A stretch of 64,000 bases of DNA from Octopus sinensis. Its lineage: Eukaryota. The notes beneath the pieces were generated by a model. The model ran no database searches. It saw only the letters and a program-made list of their open reading frames with translations, and had not been told where the DNA came from. The stretch's first letter is position 1. Every line of letters starts with the position of its first letter. The stretch covers positions 50,964,001-51,028,000 of the forward strand of contig NC_043000.1 in assembly GCF_006345805.1 (NCBI RefSeq), written 5' to 3'. The translations under genes and the position numbers were made by a program. Positions 12,201 to 26,303 of this stretch are shown here, in pieces.

Positions 12201-14749
12201 CATCTGAACTTTTTTCTTTTCCATTTAAAAGTTAATTTTAGAAAAATATAACTTAGCATCTATTATTGTCTTTCAAAAACCTTAGGTGATTAATTCTAAA
12301 TGACTTCTATTGTGGGAATCATGTGAAGGTTTTAACATTAATCTGTAAAACCCTCAAAAAATTTGTCTAAATGTTATTCAATTTCCCATTGGAGATATAG
12401 AGATTGGTTGGAAGGTGATGATAGATCCTTTACTTATTTTCTATATCTTTAACCTATATCTTTTACAATTTCTTTCATGTCTCTCATTTCTTATTTTTGT
12501 CTTTTGCCAAAAATTCAACTTCAATGAATAATTGAAGTTCATGCTCAACAGGAAAGATTTGATTGTGTGTGTTTTTGAGTAGCTCTCTGTTGCTTATCTT
12601 TGTTTAGTACTGTTTTTTTTTGTATAGGTATGAATTATCTTTGAATAGTATATGTTAATATTCTCACATTGAATTCTTAGTATCTTATTTTTAAAATTTT
12701 TTTTTACCAAAAATAAATTTACAACACCATCAGATAACACATTCTTTTAGTGGTATGGGAAAAGACTACTGAAAACTTGCTTCAACTCAGTCAAGGTAGT
12801 TACTGGATTTGAAAACATAATTATGTAGATATATTACTCTGCTGAATAAAAGGATATAGTTTCAAGAAAAGATACAATTACATTGAAACACACTCTGTGG
12901 ACCATTATCTATTTTGCTTATATATTGTTCAGTTGGTAATTTACATAGAAAATGAAGTAGAAAATGTTGATAATTTTGCACTATGGAAGGTGATATATAG
13001 GTCTCGACAAGTGCTCTGAAACTTCAAATATTTAAATGTTCTAGACCGCTTATTCCTTTATGTCAATTTCTTAGGAAGGAAAGCAGGGTGTTTCTTCTTT
13101 CCTTGTAATGATTATCGACCTAGAAGTACAGGAGTAGGATGAATATTAGAAATAAGCTTCTATTTATATAAATAGGAAGAATGAGATATTTCAAGTATTT
13201 TTTTTTTTTTTTTGCAAAAATTACGAAATATAATTTTATTGTTCAATTGTTTATTTTTATTTGCTGATAGTACAGGCCAGAGATTGATTATTTCTGTTTT
13301 TAGCTTAAATCAACTTACATTATAGTGTATAATCAATCTTGTACTCTTCGATCTAGTTTGTTCATGCATTAAAATAACATAATCTCAGGTTCATAGCATG
13401 ATACAGAATTGAGTTTTTGCAGATGGAATAACGGGTGTCAATTTGAGAAAATAAAAATAAGCAATAATATGGTTTCCAAATTACAGTTTTTGACATCAAG
13501 ATTAAAGTAGTGATGATAAATTCGGTTGACACTGACAGAAAGTCTATATTATATTCTCCAAAAACATCTTCATGTTACTCTTCATGAAATATGATTTCCA
13601 ATCTCTGTTTCTTGCTCAACATTCATCTCCATTTCAATATTGAAGAAGGATCAGAATGGAGTTAGAAAGTGTATTCTTTTGATTAAGAATTAAAAGTGAA
13701 CACGGATGTTAATCATTTATTAAATACCATGAAACTTTTTAGTAGCATGAATGCCAAAAAACTTTTTCAAAAAATACCTTTCTCAGCACAGGTTTTGTTG
13801 GCACTGTGGTTTAGAAATTCACATCATAACCATATGATTCTTTTTGAGTTTTGGCTTATTGCACAAACTCAGATTGACAAATATTTGTTGAGTAGAATTT
13901 TGGTAGGCATTCTTTAGAACATATTTGTATATAACACACATAGTGTACGTGTGTGTTTATGTGTGTGTGTGTGTATTTATGCAGGGTAATATGGATGTAC
14001 CTTTTGCATTTAAATGTTTTATTGTATTTTTTATTTTATAGTAATTTAACTTTTATGTACTTTTAATACATTCTTTCTCATTTTGCTATAAATAACTTTT
14101 GATATATATGAGTCTGACCCATGTTACCATGGAAAAGTGGACTTTAAAAGGAAATGATGATGATAATGAGGAGGATATATATATATATATAATATGGTAC
14201 AAAAACATGATAATCTTGTTCATTTGTCTGGTATACCTAATTCAGATTCCTAGCATATTTGAAGTGCATGAGAGCATGAAAGACTAAAAAGTTGACCAGA
14301 TATCTTGGAATCCCTGATCTATGATAGTCAACAGAAGACTACAGTCAAGGGATTTAATGAATGTGAAAAGAGAATGGGTGTAAGCTGCAGTGAGTAGGTA
14401 GGAGGTATGAAAAATGGGTGACTAACGTCAGTTATTAAGGAGTTTGTGTAAATGATAAGGGGACTTATCATTTGTATACATGTGTGTGTATGTATGTGTG
14501 TGTATGTATTGAATGAGTCATTGGAGAGCAGTAACTGACGAGGGTATTGTAAACAAAATGTGATATAAATAAATGGATAAGTAAATAACTCAGAGGTTAT
14601 ATACATACAGGGTCTTTTCTGAGAACAGAAGCTTGTTAGTGCACTAGTTATTCCCGACTACAGGATACAATACATTCATGATTATACAAATAGCAAGAAC
14701 ATTACTATTACTACCGCTACTTTTGCTGCTACTACTTATAATAATAATC

Positions 14750-15075
14750 CTTTCTACTATATGCAGAATGCCTGAAATTTTGAGAGAACGAACTAATTAA
14801 TCACGGTGATCACCATTGCTCCTTTATTTCATTAATCTCAAAAACATGAAAGGCAATGTTGACCCCCAGAATTTGAACTCAGAATGCAAAGACAGATTAA
14901 ATGTTGCTGAGAATTTTGTCTTGTGTGCTAATGAAATTACTTATAATAATAGGAATAATAATAATAATGGTTTCAAATTTTGGCACAAGGTTAGCAATTT
15001 CAGGGGTGAGGTAAAGTTTATTATATCAACCCCAGTACTCAACTGGTACTTATTTTATTGAATCCAAAAGGATGA
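14750..15075 (-). mobile_element. Two partial family A SINE copies in tandem, reverse orientation
   Basis: Reverse-complement family A blocks (aaaggcaatgttgacc..gaatttgaactcagaatg; ggtttcaaattttggcacaagg..ccccagtactcaactggtacttatttt) separated by (AAT)n. Confidence 0.7.
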
Positions 15076-15243
15076 TATGAGGTCACCATGTTGCACACAT
15101 ATGGTTGGGATGCATGTGCTTGGTGTACTCTCATCAGATGGGTAGTCAAGCTGGGTATATTGGGCTTCATATATTTGTATGCCAGGGTCACTGATGGCAT
15201 GCACTGTTCTCTCACTCAATAATAATTGTAGTAGTGATAATAA

Positions 15244-15907
15244 TGCAGAATGTGTGGTGAGAGGGGTGAAACGGTATGGCACATCATTAGCAAATGTTTG
15301 AAATTGGTACAACATGAATATAAAAGATGTCATGACAATGTGGCAAGAATGATCTATTGGGAGCTCTGTGGAAATCATGGCCTACAAAGCAAAGACATGG
15401 TATGAGAAAATCCCGGAAGGAGTCACTGACAATGAGTATTGCAAAATCCTATGGGATGCAATGATCCAGTGTGATCACCTGGCAGTGTGATCACCTGAGA
15501 AACCATACATAGTTGTAGTGAATAAAAAGGGAAGAACATGCTTGATAATCGACATAGCATTCCCTGGTGACAACAGGATCAGTGTGAAAGAAGAAGAAAA
15601 AATAAACAACTATGACGATTTGAAGTAGGAAATACTAAAGTTGTGGTCAATGAAAAGAGTAGACGTGATACCAATGGCAATTGGTGCACTTGGAAGCATC
15701 AGCACTCGACTGTCAACATGGCTGAAAAAGATTGGTTCAAGTGTGAATGTAGAACAGCAGCAAAAGTTGGCATTGCTTGAAGCTGCAAGAATCCTTCACG
15801 GGGATCTTGAAGCATGACCAGTAAACAAGTGTTACCTTAGTCTGCTGGCTGTGGACAGCTGATGCTTTCTATCATACCCAGCAAAATAAGGAGTGAGTTC
15901 TCATCAC
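15244..15907 (+). mobile_element. 5'-truncated R4/Dong-like non-LTR retrotransposon (CCHC knuckle plus restriction-like endonuclease)
   Basis: From 15244 reads CRMCGERGETVWHIISKC (CCHC). After a frameshift it reads KILWD..IQCDH..KP.IVVVNKKGRTCLIIDIAFPGD...EEEKINNYDDLK, the PD..D..K RLE motif. It has an in-frame TAG and a 15-bp internal duplication CAGTGTGATCACCTG, and the ORF ends at TGA 15815-15817. The short 3' UTR runs into (TAA)n. Confidence 0.85.
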
Positions 15908-15957
15908 ATAATAATAATGATAATAATAATAATACTATTAATAATAATAATAATAAT

Positions 15958-16245
15958 GGTTTCTGATTTAGGTGCAATGCTGCAAAATTACTGACCTTGC
16001 ACCTGTATCAGAAGCCACAACCACAGTAAAAATAATACTGATTCTTTCCATTTTTTTGGTACATGGTGAGCAGCTTTAGGGAGTGGGTGATGTTGATGTA
16101 GTACTTTATTATCAACACTAGTACTTTATTGACTCCTGAAGGATGAAAGGCAAAGCCGATCCAGTGGGATTTGAAATGAAAATATTAAGAGTCTGAAGCA
16201 TTTTGTTTGGCATGCTAACAATTCTGCTTGTTCAACACCTAAATA
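15958..16245 (-). mobile_element. Family A SINE, reverse orientation
   Basis: gaaggatgaaaggcaaagccgatcc..gtgggatttgaa and gcatgctaacaattctgc are reverse complements of the family A body and head. Confidence 0.7.
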
Positions 16246-16447
16246 ATAGTGGTATAGTGATAATAATAATAATAATAATTATGATGATGCTAATAATGTT
16301 TTTCCTACTATTTTTGATAGAAGAGTTATGAACATAATAGCATACTGGACCCAGTGATTTGAAAAATTTAATTCTTTCGTTTTGTGTTCTTGGTTTGAAT
16401 TCATGAAGTTGTCATGTCTGTGGAATGATCTAACTGACCTTACTATT

Positions 16448-16655
16448 GAGCTGGCAGAATTGTTAGCACTTGAGATAAAATGCTTAGTGGCATTTCATCT
16501 CTTTACTTCCTGAATTCAAATTCTGCCACAGTCAAGTTTGCCGTTCATCATTTCAAGGCTGATGATAGAAATACCATTTGCACACTGGGGGTCAATGTAG
16601 TTGGTTAGCCTTCTCCCTCCAAAATTTCTGCCTATAGCAGAAATGATTATTATTT
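16448..16655 (+). mobile_element. Family A SINE with (ATT)n tail
   Basis: gagctggcagaattgttagcac head, gaattcaaattctgcc B-box-like motif, cactgggggtcaatgta body, then (ATT)n to ~16749. Confidence 0.78.
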
Positions 16656-16718
16656 TTATTGCCCTTCTACAAAAATTTGAAATATTATTATTATTTTTAT
16701 AATTATTATTATTATTAA

Positions 16719-16749
<31 letters not shown>

Positions 16750-16751
<2 letters not shown>

Positions 16752-17133
16752 TCGTTTAATGTCCGCTTTCCATTCTAGCATGGGTTGGACAATTTGACTG
16801 AAGACTGGCAAACCAGATGGCTGCACCAGACTCCAATCTGATCTGGCAGAGTTTCTACAGCTGGATGCCCTTCCTAATGCCAACCACTCTGAGAGTGTAG
16901 TGGGTGCTTTTATGTGTCACTGGCACAAGGGCCAGTTAGGTGGTACTGGCAACGGCCACGCTCAAATGGTGCTTTTTATGTGCCACCTGCACAGGAGCCA
17001 GTCCAGCGGCACTGGCAACGACCTTGCTCGAATGTTTTTTATACATGCCACCAGCACAAGTGCTAGTAAGGCGACGCAGTTAATGATCACGCTCAAATGG
17101 TGTTTTTACATGCCATCAGCACGGAGGCCAGCT
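16750..17133 (-). mobile_element. RTE-tail-related SINE-like element (family C) with internal ~65-bp tandem subrepeats
   Basis: Begins catcgtttaatgtccgctttccattctagcatgggttggac, the same block that caps the RTE fragment at 55741. Subrepeat units start near 16904, 16969, 17034 and 17100. (TAG)n follows on the right. Confidence 0.8.
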
Positions 17134-17168
<35 letters not shown>

Positions 17169-18506
17169 TGTAATGGAAATGATAGTAAAGGTAACTTAAA
17201 CTATGAATAACACAATCCATTCTTATTATCTCATCCATTATGCAGCCACTGATTACTAGATTAGAGTGGTATGGTCAATTAAATTCTTTCTGGACTCATA
17301 TTCATATTTAAGTCGTGCATTGTAAATAAAATGCAATGCACACTGAAACCTAGTAAAAATCTTAGGTTACAACTAAAATCTCAAAGGCATTTTGTCTGGT
17401 GCTGTACTATTTCAGCCAAATCCTTGTCCTTTCACAAAACAAATAATAGACTTCTTATAAAACAAAATACAATCTTCCTTCTGGTTATTCTGACATTCAA
17501 TGCTTGGCAGTATATTTTCTAAAGATTTGTTGTTCAAATTTAGCTAGATATTAATGTTACTGCTTTTTTTAATGTTAAAATGTTATGCTTTGTTCTGCTT
17601 GAAATTCCATATGATATACTTCATAATATATCTTTTCTTCAATTGATTTCCATGTTATTTAAAACTCTTTCATAAAATCTCAATATGTTTTCAGTTTAAC
17701 TTGTCTTTGTAAGATATCTATATTTGATATTTAATATGGATGCAGAAATATACATTTACACCTGTCTGTATGTCTATATACAATCATATTCATTTATACA
17801 CTTAAATACATATGTCTATAAACTATTTTAGGAAATTTGTTAGCTATTGCAACCAATCTCTTAAAGACATTGTCTCTTGTTAGACTTATAATCACTTGAC
17901 ATTTAAGCATGAAATTCAGTAAGATACTGTAGCATATTTACATATCTGTTTCTGACACTTTGTAAGATAGCAAATTCAACAAATTAATTTTCATCAGGAA
18001 GATGTTTGGTTTCCTCACATTAACCAGCTAACGGTCAATTTATGTTTCTTAGTGCGGTTTTTCATTGAATTTTAAAATAAGGGAACCTAAAATTTATATG
18101 CAATTCAATCTAAATCATATGTTCCAAAGAGTTTCCCCTCAATTATAACCAGACACTGTGGAACTTAATTGAAAAAAAAAAAAATTACATCATGGTAAAT
18201 TATGGAAATGTAAGAAATTGAAATAGTTTATTAATAATTAGTCTATCATTTCATGCACTTTATTCTTTGTTAATAAACTATTTCAACAACTTTGTTACCT
18301 TTTGCAATGTCTGAAGATGTTGGCTGTTTGCTAGATTTGTAACGCAGTGGGATTATAAAGTTTACTTTACAAACAAGTTTTCAGTTCCAATTCATTGTGT
18401 GGTACTTAAGGAAAGAATTTTGGACTGATTAATAATTTGTACATGAAATTTAGCAGATAGAGACTATGCAGAAGCCTATCTTATCTATCAGTCAATTGTC
18501 TGTCTC

Positions 18507-18591
<85 letters not shown>

Positions 18592-19981
18592 GATAGTGTC
18601 TATTATTTCTGTATGTCTTCACACTGACACTGTTTGACACAGTGACATTTGTTTATGGCACTTATAAATAATTTGTCTCCTATCTCAGTAGTTTTTATCA
18701 GTTTTGATGTGTGAAGACCAGAAGAATAAAAAAATTATTTACTTGAAAAACAAGTAAGGGTTGGTGATAAGAATGGCATCTGGCATTAGAGCATTGCCTC
18801 AATAGGTCTCATCACTATTTTACATCAACCAGATGAAGATGATGTTAACGAGAATAATTAAAATGTTTTCTTGTTCTATATATATGATATTTGTTGTCTA
18901 GAACAGCCAAATTCTTTGCAAACAAAGCTAAAAGCAATCAAGTATACAAAGCAATCAGGTATACTAAGCTAAAAGCAAACAAGTATAAATGATTTGCAAA
19001 TAGGCCAAATTACTGTCTCTTTTATTTAAAAGTATATCTGTATCTCAGTCTTTGTATTAGGATAAACATAGTACCATACCTGTTCTGGATTTGTTGCTTA
19101 AATCTGTTGAATGTTAAATTTAATATGTAGTCTTTCTTATAATCTTTTGTTACTGAGATAACATTGATAGTTCAATTGAACAATATATTAGAATTAACAC
19201 ATCAAGAGGAAATACACAGATTCTAAATCACTAGCAAAATAATTAATAATTATTGAAATCATGTGTTTTGTGTTTAACCTGAATATTTGTCTAAATACAT
19301 TGGTTAGAAATATAATTTTTGTAGAAAATAATTTAATTATAAGGATTTCTTTTTTAAAATCATAATTTTCTTGCATAAAGAAACCACCTTCATATTATAC
19401 TCAGTGAAAGCATATATATTAAGATATTAAGTTTTAGATTTCAATATTCTAATATATTAAACTCATTAACTTGGATAAATTATAGTTTTCATTGTATCCT
19501 GAAGCAATGTCAGATTTTTAATTCCACTGTCTTCTAACGTGAAACTAGAACTATCTGTCCTTTGTGGGCTTTATCAATTACATTACTTATTACACTACTT
19601 GGATTATTGATTTCTGAAGAAATTCAAGTTAATACAATCCACTCTAAATTTAAATATGGTAACCTAAGACCAAAATTATGTTCTATTCATTCAAATACTG
19701 TCCTCCCCATATAATTCAATAATTAAGATCATTATAAGTTTTTGTCATTGAAAACCATTGCTGCATTTTACTATTTCACTAAAGCAAGTTTGAGAAGAGA
19801 ATGACAATACAATAAGCACATTAAATATAACTAGAAATTTTCTTTGTCTACATAAATGCGATATATATCCCAGCTCTCTACAAACTTGACCCTGACTATC
19901 TTAAATTTGTGACTATTGAACAATATTGCATGGTTTACAAAATTGCTGAATGAGTATTTCCTTTTGTTTTTATTTCAATAG

Positions 19982-20000
19982 AAACTCCTCTACAATGACT
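19982..20000 (+). other. Candidate 19-nt micro-exon (contains ATG ACT at its 3' end)
   Basis: cttttgtttttatttcaatag|AAACTCCTCTACAATGACT|gtaagt: long pyrimidine tract and consensus donor. No homology evidence. Confidence 0.3.
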
Positions 20001-20393
20001 GTAAGTTTTATAAAGTTTATGGTAATTTAAACTTCATCTAATAAAATTATTTCTATGTTGTTCTCTTATTCTCATGAACACTTTCTAGGCTCTAGAAATA
20101 TTTGAATTAATTTCCAATTGTGATGAGACAAGCTTTTAAATATAGACTAAGGACATCTCTAATGAATTATAATAAAAGGAAGCTGTTGAGGGAACACTCC
20201 TTCAATTCTACATACATTTGACAAGCATCCCATTTAATTATAGGCCACTGTGCTAACATGGAAAACTGACATCGAATGATGATGGTGATGATGACATCTC
20301 TAACAAGTTCTAATAAATGAAAACTATTTGGGGAGCACTCCTACAATCCAGCATACATTTGACAAACACCTCAATTTCTCTCCTCCTTTCTCT

Positions 20394-20442
<49 letters not shown>

Positions 20443-21351
20443 TCTTAGTATATAGCCATGCATTCAGAGAGGATATTATCATTTTTATCACCATATTGAG
20501 TGCATAAGAGTGTCTGAGAAATTAGGTTGGCTTTATTTGTTCTGTAACATACAAGCATATTTTCAAATCCCAGAATAAATGACAATAAAATGAAGTGCTC
20601 TAAAGAATGATTGGAAAACTTGGTGAGATCATAGGTTAGTAGATCAAACATTTCAAATCTGAACTTGAAATGTAGTTCAGTGAGTCCTTACCATTATTCT
20701 ATTGTGATTTTTGAATGATGATTTAGTAAATAAATAATGTCAGATAAATTTAGCAAATAAATAATGTCTTTTATAGACGAAGAACATTCTCCATATCATA
20801 CATGTTGAGAAGGATGACATACTAGATTAATTTTATGACAAACTGGCTAAGGCATAAGAGTGTCAAACAAAATGCCTTGCTGAATTTGCTATGGTTCTCT
20901 GATCTCTTAAGTTCAAAGCCTGCTGAAGTCATCTTTACTTTTCATCCTTTCAGGGTTGATAAAGCACAAGTCCAGGGCAATGAATTGATGAAATTGTTAG
21001 AGCATTAGACAAGATGTCTCGCTGTATTCTATTCTGGCTCATTGCATTCTGGGTTAAAATTTCCCTTAAGGAATTTAATTAAATCCCACAATGGTGGGAC
21101 TGTGAGTGCATAATCATTCATAAACTCTGCCATGAGTAAGGAAGATTGTGGCCATCTAATACTGCCGTTGGAAGTTGAAGATGATGGCAAATGTAACTTA
21201 ATGCTACTGGCATTTATTAAAGTAAATTCCTAAAAAAATATCTGTCTTGGTAATAATCAGATTTTTTTAACTGCAGCTATTTCCTAATTTGAGCTGTTTA
21301 TAATCTTAAGTAAGAATAGTCATTCATCTTTCCAAAGCTCTAACATTGCAG

Positions 21352-21575
21352 TCATCATCATCATCATTTTCTTCATTTTATACCTGCTTTTCAAGATATT
21401 ATGGGTTGCATGTTTTCTCTGAATCCAATGTGTGAAAGGACTTGTATTGCTCCCATGTTGCAGTTTTAGAATGATTTCTACAGCTGGATACCCTTCTTAA
21501 TACCAACTGCTTTACGGAGTGCACTGAGCACTTTTTTGTGGCACCAGTGCTAATGAGTTGCCTTGTAATTTAAAA
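21352..21575 (-). mobile_element. Family C (RTE-tail) element, decayed
   Basis: (CAT)n followed by atgggttgca..gatttctacagctggatacccttcttaataccaac..gtggcaccagtgc, matching the 16750 copy. Confidence 0.65.
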
Positions 21576-21699
21576 GTATGAACAATCATCTTCAATGAAA
21601 TGGTGGGTAAGAAATTGAGGGTTGCTTTAAGCTAGGTGTTGAGAAGCTAAAGCATGATTGGAGGAACAGACTTGTCACTTAGTTTCTCTTCTATCTATG

Positions 21700-22210
21700 T
21701 GGTATAATTCTCTGTTGCCCACATTCTTCCTGTCTTTCTAAACCTGTCTCTGTTAACCTCACTGTTCCACCACCACATAACCCTTCATCTGACTGAAACT
21801 TTGCACCAGCCACATACATTGTCTATAGCCCTCAACAGGTTGTTCTCTAGGAGCTTCCAGTTGTCTTTATGCTATAAATCTCCATCATCTACCATCAACT
21901 GCTTCAACTAGTATTTTATTAACTTTCTGATTCTTGCTTGACCTTAAAGTTTCCATTGCTTCCTTTTCCAGATTTTCTTCTGTGACTGGCTATCTAAACA
22001 CTAATCAATGTTGGGTTGTCAATTCTTCACCAGGGAAATTCTTTGTATTCATAACCATTTGTCTATCTTGTTTCCTGAAAAGAATGAAATCTCTCTGACT
22101 TGTGTGCCCCTAGATTGATATGAAACCAGGTGGCTGGATGGTTTCTTGAAGTTTGTGTTGTAGGTTCACATGTCATTAGCATCACAAAACTCCAGAAGCT
22201 TTGTTTCTTC
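21700..22210 (-). mobile_element. RTE-clade LINE fragment, apurinic-like endonuclease region
   Basis: Minus strand gives LLEFCDAND, then NTNFKKPSSHLVSYQS, then MNTKNFPGEELTTQH, in pieces broken by stops and frameshifts. This is typical of the RTE APE C-terminal part. Confidence 0.75.
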
Positions 22211-24607
22211 CTTCTTTGTACTTGGTAGTTAAAAGAAATTGTAAACCTCTGATATTTACTGTTTAATTTCTTCTTTTTATCTTATTTAATATCTGAATAT
22301 TATTTTTGGTTTGTTTTCGCCCCTACTACTGAGTTGCTAAAAGTGGAATTCATTTTCAAAATATGTTAGAGTGAAAAATAGTTTAGACTAGAAAACACAT
22401 GGTTTCCAACAGCTCATTTCATCCAAAAAGATTTGTGCAAGTGCTTCTTATATTACTTCCTATACTATTGATGTTATTTATTTATTTTCTATGGGTTTTA
22501 GTTGGCTGGGGGTTGCTTTTGTTTCTTCACATATACTACTGCAAAACTTGTATTTACAGCAGCAGCAATTATGGTTTTATATTTTGGTAGATGCTACATA
22601 AATCGAATATAAGATACTCTGCAGTTTTTCAGATAATGCCTGTTTCTCATTTACTCAAAGTTAAAAAGAAATTATGAAGACCACTGCATGTTATGTGTAG
22701 GTGTTCTTTGTACTTAACCCAAGATGAGCTAAGTAAAATTACGAGGATAGATTAGTTCAAAAATCTAAATTCACTTTCAATAATATATGTTCAAAGTTTA
22801 GTTCAAATTATCTTCTTTGCTACGAGTTTTGATAAGTGGCTACACATGCATGTCTGAATGGTTTAGAGATAGCTGACTATTTCAGGAAATTAACAATAAA
22901 TTTATTTTAAGAAACTTAATTTAACAGTGTTTAAGCAAAAAAAAAAAAAAGATTAACATCAACAAAATTCAGATATGATGATGACCAGTTTATGTTAGTC
23001 TGTCTGACAACTGTAGCCACAACTTACATCCATATTCTGCTAAAAATATTTCTTTTCAAACATTTCATGAAACTTCATGTCTTTTCAAAATTAGAAAAAT
23101 TTGTCTTAGTGATTAGAAAATAACTTGGATTTGACAAGAAAAATGGAGTATCGTAAAATAATTAAGCTGTCTAATTATGTTAAACTTGGCAATATCTGTT
23201 AATGTATGAGAAATAACATTTTAACTTATTGTAATGTATAAACAATTTAATTTCTATAAAAACAAATATTTTGACCAAACATTAAACTGTAATTATGAAG
23301 CAAAGCCTAAATTATTTTTATTATCTGTAATTACCAAGGTGAAAGAGTCTGCAATTTCTACAAATTATAAAGATAATCATATTACACAGGAAAATTACAG
23401 TTCCTTAATTCTGAATCCAAACCCCACTAGAGTCAATTTTGATTTGGATATGATATTACTAATTATACAGTTTTTTTGACTTACACATTATAAATGCTAT
23501 CATGTAATTTTATTTAAGTCTTGATTAGGCAAAACGAAATACCTTAGCATTCCTGTATAACTAATTTTCACATGTATGTCATATAGTGGCCAATGAGAAA
23601 CAGCTTGTAATCATTAAAGAATATTTTAAAAGTATAGTTTCACTATAGATGTTAGTTTTGATTTTATAGATGACTTTGTTTTACAAATATTATATGCTCT
23701 AAACTGAAACTAAGGACTTTTTTGCTAAGATTGAAAGAGGTAATATTATGTCTTGGTAATTTTGTTTGTCTTCAGTTTCATACATATTTTAATGAGATCA
23801 AATTCAGATATTTTCCTATGGTCCTACTGCACAATGTAATCATTTTTATGTATATATTTTTTATTTTTCCTGGTTTCAACTACAGTTTGTCAAGGCACAT
23901 TTTCCCAGGATTTTGTTTAGTTGATACCGATCCAGTACTTATTTCTGTATGCTTCTTATTTTATTAGTATCTATTTATCAAATGCCCAAATTATCTCTTC
24001 ATATAAATGTAAAGGAACACATACAACACACTGATTTACACCAGTAAACATCTACCTGCACACTTACACAACATATTTTGCACAGTTTTCATCTATCAAA
24101 TACCACTCACATGGTATTAGTCAATCTGAAATTATGATGGTGAGATTGAAATCAGAATCATATGGTTATAAAGCTAAATTGCTAATAGTATGGCTGTGAA
24201 TATAAATTATGTAACTTCAGTTAAGGAAGATATCTACCATCTAAGTCTTCAGTAGTAGCTTTATTTTGATAGGGAGCACCGTGAGTAGATTCTGGAAGCA
24301 GTTCAATTCATTCCAAGGATTCATGTCCAGCTTTGATTCCCACCTTTTTGTCACTGTTCTTATTGCTTATATTTTACTAGTAAAAGGATTCACAATGCAT
24401 AGACTATTTTATTCAAAACTGGTATTTTGACTTGTAAAGATAGAGGGATTAATATAATCTAGCCCTTCATTTTGGTTATGCTTGAAAGACTTTAAATTAA
24501 CTAACTGAATTTTTTTCTTATTCCGCATCTTCATTTTCATTTAAGTTTCGCTGGTTATTTTACTTTCTATACTTGGCAAACTATAACTAGTGTTTTATAT
24601 TACTAGT

Positions 24608-24647
<40 letters not shown>

Positions 24648-24803
24648 GTATGTATATGTGTGTGCGTGTGTATATATATATATGTATATATGTATACATA
24701 TATCATAATCATCCTCATCGTTTATGATGATGATACATACATGTATATATATATGTGTATGTGTTTATATGTGTATACATATATATGTATATGTGTGTGT
24801 ATG

Positions 24804-24837
<34 letters not shown>

Positions 24838-26303
24838 TATATAAAGGTATACATACAAGAAAGCAAAAAATTAACACATTATTCATTTGATTTCATAAGG
24901 TCTATTATTCTTGCTTAGGTTAATCATTTTATTCTTGAAATCTAGTTAATCAGTTTTGGACCAATGACAAATATAAGATATAATTTATAATGCTTCTTAA
25001 TCATTTGCTAAAAGTGGCATTAGGATAAAGATTTCTATTTTGTCTTATTCTTTGAAATTTCTCTTACATACGTACATGCAGGCACGAACCGAATTTAATA
25101 TTTATCAAGAAAAATTGAAAAAGAATATTGTAAAATTGCATTACTATAGAGCTTTCTAAAATTTAAAATATTATTTCCTCACAATAAAACTGTATTACAA
25201 TTACCAATAATACAGCTAAAATTTCTTGAAACATGTAAGATCAATACAATTAGGATATTAGGATAGAAATAATGTTTGAAACATTTGGATTCAAGTATCC
25301 TGATGTGCTGATCTTGCACACAGAATGATTAATATATATCTTTAAATTAATTTGATTAAACTTTCCACTTTCTAACTATAAATAGTCATGGATAGGTTCA
25401 GAAGAATTTTTGGATATGTAAGTACAGCTTTTCTTCTTTAGATGACTCTGAAAAAATCAAGATAGATCACTTTGTTTAACATTCATTTTTACAACCAATT
25501 ACTTTTGATGAGAATTGGATAAAATAATGAATATGTTTCTAGTGTATTAATTATTTTATGAATGAAATTCTTTCCTAGAGAAACGTGGGTGACATTCAGT
25601 AGACTGTCTATTACTACAACTTGTTTTCTTGAGTTTAGTTAAGATTAGCAAAGGTATTCACAGTTTTAATGTCGAAGACAAAAACCTAACCTTTATTTGG
25701 TAAATGATCTTTTTTAAAAAATGTTTTGCTTTATAAAAAGTACGTGAAAAGTTACTTTGTAGATATATTATTGTTATCATTATCATGGATAAATATTAAG
25801 TATACTTGAAATAACGAACATTTGTATATTTTGGATATGCCTGTGTTTATTAAACATGGAAAGCAATGAATTGTTCATTTTAAATTCCATAGTATAGGAG
25901 GCAGAATTGATTGACTTTATGAAAAAAAGATCGTTATGACTTTTCTTGGCTTTTGTAAGTTTGCTATTGTGCTGCAAATATTCAAAAGTGATATATTGTT
26001 ATTATTTTTATTAAACTAAAGTATTTTACAAAATCCCACATGCACTAACTCATAGACACATGCAGAGATCTAAATATATATATATATTTACTGATGACAG
26101 TATAAGTGTTCAATACATAAGATGAAATTTATGTATATATTTAGTGCTAAGGCATACCTCGGTTTTCAGTTACAGTTTTGTGTTTTCACCTTCTTGGAAA
26201 GTACAAATAAAAACTGAGTATTGTTAGTGAAAATCATCAGCTTTGCATGAATATAGGAGACCTTATACATTATATTATTATCATTATTATTATTATTATT
26301 ATT

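Noticed and set aside
16904-17133. Regularly spaced repeats superficially like a CRISPR array
   Set aside because: Eukaryotic context, whole-unit tandem similarity with no unique spacers, located inside a retroelement, and no cas genes.
17315-17341. Hairpin GTGCATTG-loop-CAATGCAC whose start matches the miR-33 5' end
   Set aside because: The stem is only 8 bp with an 11-nt loop and the match stops after about 10 nt; too short for a pre-miRNA.
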